Assembly: GCF_006345805.1 (NCBI RefSeq)
Contig: NC_042998.1
Location: 4,216,001-4,280,000 of the forward strand
DNA length: 64,000 bases
Source of the DNA: Octopus sinensis
Taxonomy: Eukaryota
Reading direction: 5' to 3'
Program-made: the position numbers and the translations under genes
Shown: positions 38,365-49,220 of the stretch, piece by piece
Numbering within the stretch: position 1 is the stretch's first letter
Layout: each line of letters opens with the position of its first letter
The notes under the pieces: generated by a model
The model's database searches: none
The model's input: only the letters and a program-made list of their open reading frames with translations
Told to the model about the DNA's origin: nothing

Positions 38365-39548
38365 GGCGGCAAGTTGGTATAATCGTCAGCATGCCGGAGG
38401 AAATGTAATCGAGTTTCTCCCTTCCCCCAAAAATGTGAGGCGCTATGTGTTTAGTAGAAAGGATTATTATTAATTTTACTCATCATGAACAAGAACGTGT
38501 ATATTCAGCATTATCACCCATACTTAAGTGTTTTATTTCTGAAAAGGGCAATTTATATCAAATGAGTTTATTATTGCTGCAAAATATCTGGCCCAGCAAA
38601 TGTCTGTGTGTGCGTGCGTGTGTGTGTGTGTGTGAGTGTGTCTGTGAAGTCATATATGCATTAATACATAATCTAACAAGTATGTATATACTTTATCACA
38701 CTTTAATCATCATCTTTGCAATCATTTTCGCGCAATTTCTTGCGTTAGCACATGATATTTTTTTGTAATCCTTGAAGGAAGTGCAGAAAATACAAATTAC
38801 TATGATTCAAAGCTTCAGAACACACGAACGTAAATAAATGTATGTAATATAGGTAGATAGATGTAACAAGTAAGTTATATTTAAATCTGGATACACCTAA
38901 AATGTTCTAGTGCTGTATCGGTAGAAAACGCAAAAAACTTAGCGGAAAATAGGTAAAGTATAATATTAGGTTGGAGTCACAGAATATGCATTTGTACTGC
39001 ATTATTTTGTACCGACTCATTTTGAAAAACTTAACTGTCAAGACTTGGAATTGTATATGCGGAAGATAAGCAACGAAAAGATGCCTCTTATTTTCAATTA
39101 TAGAAATTATGTGCTTATATTAATACAAACAGTAAAATTTGTCGTCGATTTTACCTTTACACACACACACGAGTGAGTGGACAAACGAAAGAAGGGCGCT
39201 CAGCTCATTTATTGGGAGTTACATGTATGGATCAAAACAGTTTGATTCAAATTTGTTGGTACTCTGAGAGTTTCAAGAGTGATGCTTATCTTCCCTCATT
39301 TTTAATTTGAAATGGCTGAAGATTAGCATCACGCTTGAAAGTCTCAGTGTACCAACAAATTTGAATCAAGCTATTTTGATGCATATATGTATGTGTGTTT
39401 GTGTGTGTGTGTGTTTATGTGTGTGTGCGTACGTATGTGTCTGCGTGTGCATATATATGTATTTATATACCTATATATATAATTATAAACCTACACGCAG
39501 AGATACGCACACATACACACACATGCACACATACTCACACACAATATC

Positions 39549-40010
39549 TTAAAATTCTGCTTGTCATTACACTACTTAGCGCGTCGGGAACGCTTTCATG
39601 TGTTTTGAGAAAGAGAGGGAGAAAGAAAAGAGGAGGAGAGAAAAAGAGGATAAGGCGAAGAATGAGGCAGAAAGAGAGAGAAAAGACAGAGAGAGAAAAG
39701 TCAGAGAGAGAGAGAATATAAAATAGGGGGAAACGTAATATTTATTACTTGGTTAAATATGTTAGTAGAAGGTAGTGATATAGAGGAGAGTTAAGAATAT
39801 AATTTTAGCAGAGGAGTGATGTTCTGATGGGGAAGGTATAGAAAGGCATGCGCATCTCAAACGTGCCATTCACTTTAGAAAGAAACCAATTTCCCGTTTG
39901 CCTCTCATATGCAACGACTATCAATAAAGACGGACATTTGATAAAATGGGCCTGTTCTTGGCTGAACCTGTATTCGGCCATGGTCAGCTATATGTTGCGA
40001 GGGTTAAAGT
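39549..40010 (+). mobile_element. Helitron relic with PIF1-like helicase C-terminus
   Basis: PFTLERNQFPVCLSYATTINK, then after a frameshift FDKMGLFLAEPVFGHGQLYVA, matching the RepHel helicase terminal motifs. Confidence 0.85.
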
Positions 40011-40304
40011 TTTCAACACTGACAAACAAGGGAAAAGAAGGGGGAGAATTTACACGAAGAACATAATCTTCAAAGTATTGGATTGAAAGGCGTACGCAAA
40101 TTGAAATGTGTATTGGCTCTGAGCCATCGCTTTGGCTTATAATTACCCAGCGATGTAATTTTCTGAGTATGCCATAGGGCATTAAAGTTTTACCCCCGTG
40201 AAATTGTGACCTCGATATGTTGTATATAAAATGATTTAAAAAATGATTTAAAAAATTTTTGTTTTCTAGATATGTAGTTGTGACCATGTGATATTTAAAA
40301 TGCT

Positions 40305-41578
40305 TGAGGTCATCCCATAAATCCTGTCCGAATTTTGAATAAAGAAAACAAGTGATCAAATGTTATATTTAATTGAAATTTAATCCTCAATGTACCTTCC
40401 CTGATTATCTATGACTTCCTTCAATCTATTTATAAGGCTTTTTAATCCCATCAATGTAAAACTCTTTTGGCTTCAAAGCGAAGAACTCGGAAGTGTCAGT
40501 TTCGACCTCCTCCTGGCTTACGAAAGTTATGTCCCCTAAATGATTTTGTAAACTATGAAACAAATGGTAGTCTGAAGGAGCAAGATCAGGAGAATAAGGT
40601 AGATAAGGATTTTATCCCAACCAAGCTCTTCGAGCTTCTGTGATGTGATCTTTGCAGTGTGGGATCACGCATTGTCCTGATGAAACATCACTCGTTTTCG
40701 ATTCACTAAAGTGGGTGTGTTTTTTTTTTCAAAGTGTGTTTCAAACGGTCTAATTGCTGACAGTAGACTTGAGCATTGAGTGTTGCATTGGGTGGTAACA
40801 ATTCAAAGTGAATTAATCATTTGCAATCCCACCAGATAGAGAGAAGAACCTTTTTCCCATGAAGTTCTCTTCTCGATCGTGGTTGAGCTTTTTCTCTTTC
40901 GCAAGCCACTGTTTACGACGTTTATCATTTCAATAGAAGATCCATTTTTCGTCACCAGTCACGAGTCTATCCAAAAAGGCTCAAATGAGTTCACGAGAAT
41001 GGAGAGAAGAGCGCAGACATCAACTCTGGATTTGCAGTTGCTTTCGGACAATTCATGGGGCACCCATTTTCCAAGTTGTTGAAGATGACGATGAACAGTT
41101 GTGTGGTTAGAACTATAGCTTTATTGCCAATTCTTCAACTGATAATGCAGGATTTTCTTCAAGTAATGCCTCAAGGAACTTATCATCAAACTCAACTGGA
41201 CGTCCTGTTCGATCTTCATCTTCAAGGTTGAAATCTCCACTTCTGAATTTTGCAAACCATCTTCTGCAAGTTCTTTCATTCAAGCATTCTTTCCCATAAA
41301 CTGGCTGTATGTCTCGAGTCGCTTCGGCTGCAGAGTTTCCTTTTTTTGTACTCATAAAGAATTATGTGCCTCAAATGCTCTTTGTATAATTCCATGTTAG
41401 AAAGGGTTTTCATCACAGAAATTTTAACTCTATTATTCTGTAGAGTAATACGTATTTAGTTTAGATTTACACAAATGCATAAAAAGAATTTTTAATTCCA
41501 TTAGACATTCTTAAATACTATTAAATTTCATTCAATTTAAAAAATCATAAATTGGACATAACTTATAGAATGACCTAA
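40305..41578 (-). mobile_element. Near full-length decayed mariner element (~1.27 kb)
   Basis: TIRs TGAGGTCATCCCATAAATCCTGTCC / GGACATAACTTATAGAATGACCTAA. Motifs RRWFAKFRSGDF, WVPH, VTGDEKW, HQDNA and PYSPDLAPSDYHLF, with stops. Confidence 0.9.
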
Positions 41579-42131
41579 TAATTTCTTCTCTATAGAGAAA
41601 ATGGAAAAATAAGAGTGAATATATATTTTATGAGTGTTGTGTATTAAGTCTATAAAATTGTGCATAAGGTACATAAACTATATATATAAAGTACATTAAG
41701 TAATCATCGTATTCCAATTTCCTTCATTTTCAATGAATTGCAAATGAGTGACTATCTTTTGATACAGACACAACGCAGGCTACTCATTCAGTTTATTTGG
41801 ATAACGTTTTTACTATTAATTCCGTGAGAAATTCATGGAGCCCGCTAGCATATATATAAATATATACACACTCATCAAACTATATTCGTTTGATTATTGA
41901 TTACTCGATTGCAAAAAGACTAACGACTAAGAAGAGTATTTGGCATTGTGAGCAGCTTTCATGAAAAAGTATCACCTGCTATAAGTAATGTAATACGTAT
42001 AAAGAAATAACGAATTTATTGGGTTAAATAGATTTAAGAACTCGATATCTGATGCCTAAATACATTGATCTAAATCTTGATTTCAAATTTTGGCACGAAG
42101 CCAGCAAGTTCGAGAGAAGCGGTAAGTCGAT

Positions 42132-42441
42132 TGCTGTTTGTTTGTTCCTTCTGAAGCCATGCCTGACTCATAAGGGCCGGTTTCTCGGTTTCCTTTGGCG
42201 TATAGATTCCCCACCTGGATGGGACGCCGGTCCATCGTAGGTGAGCTGCTAGATGCAGGAGGAAAGAGTGAGAGAAAGTTGTGGCGAAAGAGTCAGCAGA
42301 GGTTCGCCTCTACCTTCTGCTGGAGCCGCTTGGAGCTTAGGCGTTTTGCTCATAAACACACACATCGCCCGGTCTGAATTCGAACCCGCAATCCCTCGAC
42401 GGCGAGTCCGCTGCTCTAACCCCTAGGCCATGTGCCTCCAC
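42132..42441 (-). mobile_element. tRNA-derived SINE (family C) nested in a CORE-type SINE (host ~42078-42131 and 42442-42612)
   Basis: TSD GGTAAGTCGAT at 42121-42131 and 42442-42452. Confidence 0.88.
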
Positions 42442-43346
42442 GGTAAGTCGATCATATCGACTCCAGTGCTCAACTGGTACTTATTGTATCAAACCCGATA
42501 GGATGATAGGCAAAGTCGACCTCAGCGGAATTTGAACTCAGAACGTAAAGACGGACAAAATATCACTTCGCATTTTGTTCAGCGTGCTAGCAATTCTGTC
42601 AGCTCACCGCCATACATTGGTCTGAATATTAGCTACCCTTTACATTGAGGACATTCTAAATACTTCACACCTATGAAAGTTCTTCAAAAGTTTGTATATA
42701 ACATTTATTATATCATATCTTGATTTAATTCTTCTTACGCTTTTTATTGTAATTCGTTATTTTTATTCAATTTTCTCTACTAGGTATGGTGTTTTGGTAT
42801 TTAATGAAAATCTTTGTTAGCTGTAATAACTTTTTAGTTCCTTTTCTTGAAAATACTTCAGATTGTATTCACTTTGACAACGTTCTGTGGCAAACTATTG
42901 TTGACAACGGCACTCCTGCCAGTCCGCAATGATATAATGTCTGGGAATAAACACTTCAAGTGTTCAACAGACTTTAAAATTATATGCGCGTGTGTGTGTT
43001 GTGTGTTGTGTGTGTTATGTATATGCAACTATAGATGTGTGTATGTACGTATAGACAGATAGAGAGAGAGTGAGAGAGAAGACAAGGGGAGAATGAAAGA
43101 GATTTCGTTGACATAATCGTAGTTATAAGGAAGAACTCAATGTTACAGAGTAACGATAATCCGTGTTTACTTTTTTCTTGGAGAGCTCCTACGATTCTTG
43201 TCTATGCAAAGAAGGATCGATCATCTCTGAGGAAACTTGAGACACAATATCAAGATATTTTTTTAAATGTCAATAAACACTGAGTACATTCATGTACCTG
43301 TATATGTGCATATATGGACTTCTCTCTGTCTCACTCTGTGCACGGT

Positions 43347-43409
<63 letters not shown>

Positions 43410-43616
43410 ATATATATATATATACAAAGTGAAGTTGTAAGATACCGCACGAGTTGAATTATATATGAAAGAAGGTTTGAAAATGCAATTTTAAAAGGTG
43501 TTTATTCACTTCACCGGTTTCATTTTTTTAGAAAAAGATTGTCAAAAGTAAAATGTAAAAGCTTTGTCAAATTCTTTTTGTGTTAAATACTGGTTGTCAC
43601 AAAATATTACAATATA

Positions 43617-43790
43617 TATATATATTCTTTGATAATAATAATAAAAATGTTAAAACAGTTTACAAAGAAAAAATCTTGAGAAAATATTAAAAAGTTCATT
43701 AAAAATATATACATTCTTTGATAATAATAAGAAAAATGTTAAAACAGTTTACAAGGAAAATAAAAAGTTCATTGAAAATATTAAGATTTC
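43617..43790. repeat. Imperfect ~90-bp tandem duplication
   Basis: ATTCTTTGATAATAATAA..AAAATGTTAAAACAGTTTACAA occurs twice. Confidence 0.8.
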
Positions 43791-44160
43791 ATTAAAAATC
43801 ATGTTTGTTTGGAAGTATCTATATATATACACGGAAAATTACAAGTTCAAAAAGGTCATATTTTGGTAGTATATATATACACAGAAGGAGATATATTTAG
43901 GAGTTTACAAAGAATTTGTGATATATATATATATATACAACATGCAACCGATTCCCAATCGCTTTTCTACCACATTCATCCTGCGATCCTCAATACACCC
44001 CATCAATTGTTCACAGACTAAATAATTAAAGAGAACAATGTTTTGAAATCACGAGCAAAAGTCTTACCCTATAAATAGATTATGAATACATACATTATAC
44101 TTTGTTTATCATTCTACACAGATAAGTTACTATGAATTTTCTTGAGCTATGCATTTTTAG

Positions 44161-44212
44161 ACTGAATTGGCAACAAACGCTGTGAAGACGAAGCCCACAG
44201 TAATGGGCTCAA
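44161..44212 (+). CDS. Candidate 52-nt exon (TELATNAVKTKPTVMGS)
   Basis: GCATTTTTAG|ACTGAA...GGCTCAA|GTAAGT; one open frame, phase 0 to 1. Confidence 0.35.
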
Positions 44213-44439
44213 GTAAGTAAAGGGCCTCGTGTCGAAGGCTTAAGCTGATTTGTTTTTTCCTGATTGTGTTCAGTACTATGTCATAGAAGCTGAAATCAAT
44301 ATTAAATACAGAATCAGTAAGACGACATCAGCATTTCAGCAAAATAACATTAACATCCGCTGTATAATACTTTGTAATAAAGATTTCTATCCGGAAAAGA
44401 AAAAGGAAAAACAAACTGTGAAAATCAGCAAAACGTAGG

Positions 44440-44760
44440 AATATTTTCGACATGTTTGAATAAAATTCTGATAATCTCGGACCATGATCATATCAGAAAC
44501 AAAGATAACATCGTCGCGAAGACTCCGAAGCATGATGTCAGATCGAAGGAGATTAGCTGGATACTTTCTGTTGTGATCGGATCATCAGTATACAAAAACA
44601 GCGTTTCGATGGGCATCAACAGGAGAAAGAGGATGACGGAAGACAACATATCACGTGACTTCGAAACTTTGATAAGCATAGAGCGGACAATCAGTCGAGA
44701 AACCTGGAAGAAAATTACTGCTCCTGGCGTAAACATGCACTGGGAAGACTGAATAGTTGA
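44440..44760 (+). mobile_element. Mariner N-terminal relic
   Basis: RFDGHQQEKEDDGR resembles the mariner RF..G...EDD.R.GRP segment; heavily decayed. Confidence 0.4.
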
Positions 44761-45359
44761 GTACTTTGAAAACGACAATTATATAAGAATTCAAAATACA
44801 CAAGTTGAATGAAAAATATTTCGTCGCTTTGCATGAAAAATATGTTGAACTCTATCAAGTATTTGTTTCAACTCTATATCAAACTTACTCCATTTTGCGA
44901 TACGAAATAAACTTTATTTTTATTTTCAATGATTACAGATATTTTGTTGAAACAGATTTTATTTTGAGCTTTGCTTACTTTTATTGGAACTATTTCTGTT
45001 TTCTCTTAAGAATACAAGAATGACATGACAGTTGTCCATCAATAGACTCCGTGATGTTGTTAGGGAAACAGATTCAAAGTATATTACAGCCAGTACATTT
45101 TTATAACAAGGGCAGCGAGTTCTTATAGATTTTGTATATTCTCGATAACGAAAAGCGTTGATTTTTGGAACATAGGAAAAAGGTTTTTGTAACAACGATT
45201 CCTAAAATGTTGAACGGATTGAATAGGCTTCGAGTAGAATAGAGGTTGTATCCTAAAATACAAAGTAAATAAGTTGCAAAACACAAAATAAATATGAGGT
45301 TTGGGGAAAGGAAATGGTGACATTGAGTGCTTTATAAAAGATTAAATAAATTCTTTCAG

Positions 45360-45394
45360 ATTTTGGTACATTTCCGTATCATTTCAGAACAGAG
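45360..45394 (+). CDS. Candidate 35-nt exon ((N)FGTFPYHFRTE)
   Basis: TTCTTTCAG|ATTTTGG...ACAGAG|GTATAT; phase 1 to 0, compatible with 44161-44212. Confidence 0.25.
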
Positions 45395-45947
45395 GTATAT
45401 GTGCATAAGATTAATATGTAGAAAATATGGACAGTGGAAAAGTTTTCATTTGAAACTTTAGCTATTTGTATGACAAAAATCTATTTCGTTGCGTAAGCAC
45501 AAAACCAATATATAAATAACTTCCCAGTAGTGTATATTCAAATGTTGAAAATGATATACGTTTGGCTTCTATATATTATATATGGCATTGCTTTTAGGTA
45601 GAGAATACAAGAGATTCAGCTATACTCTACGTCTGAATTAAGAACTATCATATTTAGCTTCTATAAGTTAGTAGGATATTTTACCTGTAAGTATCTAGAA
45701 TGTTACTATAAAGAAATCAATTACGAAATCTTTGAGATACTGCTGCAAATCGTCTTATATATTGGAGAACCTACACGATTTTGTTATTTGCAATTCGCAC
45801 TTATAAGTGGTCACATGATATTTACATTTTGCTGTTAATAGTTTCGGAACTTCTTATAAATTGAGTTCCTACATGTAAACCTAGTTTCTACGTTTCTATT
45901 CATTCTGTTTGTTGAAACTTAGATGTAAGATTTTCAATTCTTTCTGC

Positions 45948-46380
45948 TCTTTACTCTTTACTCTTTTACTTGTTTCAGTCATGAGGACTGTGGCCATGCT
46001 GGAGCACCGCCTTTAGTCGAGCAAATCAACCCCAAGACTTACTCTTTGTAAGCCTAGTACTTATTCTGTCGGTCTCTGTTGCCGAACCGCTAGGTTATGG
46101 AGACGTAAACACACCAGCATCGGTTGTCAAGCGATGTTGAGGGGACAAATACAAACACAAACACACACACACACACGCACACACACACACACATATATAT
46201 ATATATTTATATATACATATATACGATGGGCTTCTTTCATTTTACGTCTACCAAATCCACTCACAAAAACATTGGTTAGTCCGAGGCTATAGTAGAAGAC
46301 ACTTTCCCAAGGTGCCACGCAGTGGGAAGGAACTCGGAACCATATGGTTGGTAAGCATGCTACTTACCACACAGCCACTC
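45948..46380 (-). mobile_element. SINE family B
   Basis: Homology to 52933-53337. Confidence 0.88.
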
Positions 46381-46516
46381 ATTCCGTTTAATTTTTCGAT
46401 ATAAAATTTGTACCACATTTATCTTCATCAGTGGGTAGACTTTTATAGATAAAGTTCCAATAAGTGGTCAAAGTATCTCCGTATTGTATAAGTTTATCTA
46501 TGAAAATAATAATCAT

Positions 46517-46950
46517 GGCACAGGCGTGTGGAAAGAAATTTGCTTCTCAACTACATGGTTGAATCCTACTACCTGGCGGTATCTTGGGCGAGTGTCTTCT
46601 CCAATAGCCTCAGGTAAGCCAAACCCTTGCGAGTGGATTTGGTAGACGAAAAGCCCGTCGCACACCCCCACACCCCCACACCCACACATCACGCTCGCGC
46701 ACTTATTTGTGTGTGTGTGTGTGAGTGCGTGCTTGTGTCTTCGTGTCTTTCTTTGTCCCCCCCCCTATGAACGCGTGACAACTTGTGTCGGTGTCTTTAC
46801 GTTTCTGCAATTTAGCGGTTTGGCAAAAGAATGAGCATTAGGCTATAAAATGAAAATAAGAACTGTGTTCCATTCATTCAAAGCGGTGCCCCAGCATGGC
46901 CGCAGTGTAATGACTGAAATATATCAAAGACAAAAGATAAAAGGCATTGA
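46517..46950 (+). mobile_element. Older SINE family B copy
   Basis: CTTGGGCGAGTGTCTTCT...GAGTGGATTTGGTAGACG...GCGGTGCCCCAGCATGGCCGCAG. Confidence 0.75.
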
Positions 46951-47399
46951 AAATATTAGCAATGAAATATTTGAAAATGTAATAGAGAAAATCCTTAAAA
47001 TTCATTTCCTGTCAGTTCGTAGAAAAAGGCATAATATAATTTATTAATCCAACTTCAATGTTGCTTATATAACTTGAAACTAATATATCTGTTTGTGGTG
47101 ATTCTAAATTCTTGACACTTTACGGAACATTGTCAAATGCCACTTCGCGTGTTGCTTCAAAACTAGCAACACGAGTGCAGTCATCGGCGATAAAAAGTTA
47201 TGTACTTTCATTTCAAGTATAGATTTTCTCATTTGTGATCGTAAACCTTATCAAGTTTTGATTTGATTTGTGTGACAAGATCGCTGTTTTAGACTGAAGT
47301 ATATTATGTCTAAACTCAAACTTGTTAAACTATTTTCTATAACATAATGGAGGTGAATTACTGACCACACAAAATACCTTCATGTGATCATACAAAGTC

Positions 47400-47760
47400 C
47401 TAACTTGATCTTAAATTTCATCATCTTCAATCCAAGATGTTTTACTTGAACATAGGTGATGCTTTTGTTGCGTCTGTCTGTGATGGAAACATCGAGATGT
47501 CTCATGAAATTTCCATTATTGTTTGTATAGCCGAGAGTACATTCCTTTCTCAACGACGTATTGGGGTTACCTTGACTTTATATACAATGGGAAATTTTAC
47601 CATATATTTCAATAACACTTCTACATTTCTATCTCCTCTCTCCTCAATATTCGTCTTTGTCAGTATGGTGCAGTTACCATTACTGCTACTAGCGTCGCAT
47701 CCTGACAATTTACTCTTCTATAACCCTTAAATATTTCGGGTGTGTCTGAGAACAATAAGC
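47400..47760 (-). pseudogene. Decayed RTE-like LINE C-terminal relic
   Basis: MRHLDVSITDRRNKSI on the minus strand resembles the RTE LRRILGISW.D.ITN segment. Confidence 0.35.
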
Positions 47761-47844
47761 TGGTGTTTATTATATAGACGTGTGTAATACCATAATCGAT
47801 TTAATATGGATTTATTAGCGCGCAGAATCATTACAGGGATGGAA

Positions 47845-48524
47845 TGTCGAATATTATCACCTGGCAGTGGGGGCTAGAAGCTTCATTGAAAGGAAAATGA
47901 CAACGCTTTTCAAAAGAAGATTCGTTTTTTCTAGCTCCGAGCTGCGAAAACTAATAAGGAAAGTACAGGAGGCGGTCGGAAAAATCCAGCCTCTATATAT
48001 GGCTGAAGCGGGAAGACCGAAAATAGCTTGAAAGTCATAACACGCAGGCAGGAAAATAACATCATTAGGTGAGACAAGCTGACACTGAATCTGCTTCGCT
48101 GATTGACAGGTGACAATCTCGTTTAGAGAATGCGTGGGCTAAGACTACGGGCCTTCACTACTCAGTTAAGGTGAGACAGTGTCACGTGACAACTTGCAGG
48201 GGCTGCCTGCTGGAGGCTAGCAGCAGGTATTTAAAGGGAAAATTTTTGGCAAGTCAGTCAGTCACCGGCTGACACTCGTTGACGCTACATCGAAGAGGCC
48301 AGGGAACAGAAGAAAGAAGAAGAAAGAAGACATGCACCCAACACCAGAGCTAAAGACACCTCCGAAAGGGGGGGGGGGCGCCACGTCAAAACGGTAGAGG
48401 AGTAGGGGCCGAAACCGGACGTGGTTCCTCCTGATGATGTCTTGAGCTAACTGGATCCTATAAAGGAGCTGTTGTGGTAGCACACCACGAAACACGGCTG
48501 TAATTCCCCAATTGTGATGCAACA
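47845..48524 (+). other. Unclassified GC-richer, LTR-like segment directly upstream of U6
   Basis: Could start TG and end CA, TATTTAAA followed by AGTCAGTCAGTC, a G-run near 48368-48378. No TSD found. Confidence 0.3.
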
Positions 48525-48584
48525 GTAGCATATCGGAAACTTAGGTCAACAATTTATATGTTATAAACTATCAATTAAAAATAT

Positions 48585-48600
48585 GTATTGCTTCGGCAAT

Positions 48601-48640
<40 letters not shown>

Positions 48641-48692
48641 GGCCCCTGCGCAAGGATGACACGCAAATTCGTGAAGCGTTCCATATATTTTT
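48585..48692 (+). ncRNA. U6: U6 spliceosomal snRNA, full length
   Basis: ACAGAGA box 48624-48630, AGC triad 48636-48638, canonical body through GAAGCGTTCCATAT, 5' hairpin GTATTGC-TTCG-GCAATAC, T5 terminator. Confidence 0.96.
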
Positions 48693-49220
48693 AGGCTTAG
48701 GAGTGGCTGTGTGGTAAGTAACTTGCTTACCAACCACGTGCTTCCGGGTTCAGACCCACTGCGTGACACCTTGGGCAAGTGTCTTCTACTATAGCCTCAG
48801 GCCGACCAAAGCCTTGTGAGTGGATTTGGTAGACAGAAACTGAAAGAAGCCCGTCGTATATATGTATATACGTATATATATACATGTATATACGTATATA
48901 TATAGGAGGCGCGTAGCTTAGTGCTTAGGGTGTCAGCATCATGATCTTTAGAATGTGGTTTCGATTCCTGTACCGAGCGACGCGTTGTGTTCTTGAGCAA
49001 AACACGTCATTTCACGTTGCTTCGAGTCAGGTGGCAAAAAGGAGTAACGCTGCAATGGACTGGCGTCCTGTCCAGCTGGGGAACACGAATGCCATTGAAA
49101 CCGGGAAACCGGGTCCGTGAGCCTGGCTAGGCTTTAAAAGGGCGCATTTATTTTAAATGGTGGTGCCCCAGCATGGCTACAGCCCGTGAGCTGAAACTAG
49201 ATGAAATAAAATAACAATAA
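48693..49220 (+). mobile_element. SINE family B starting at the U6 terminator, with a family A SINE (48905-49150) nested in its internal microsatellite
   Basis: AGGCTTAGGAGTGGCTGTGTGGTAAG head at 48693; second head GGAGGCGCGTAGCTTAGTG at 48905; family B tail GGTGCCCCAGCATGGC resumes ~49160. Confidence 0.85.

Noticed and set aside
42847-43062. Protein-like reading frames on both strands
   Set aside because: No coherent splice sites and no recognisable domain.
46390-46436. Minus-strand CCACTGATGAAG...TCGAAA resembling the hammerhead at 502-564
   Set aside because: Stem II forms (4 bp) but stems I and III do not; at best a dead relic.
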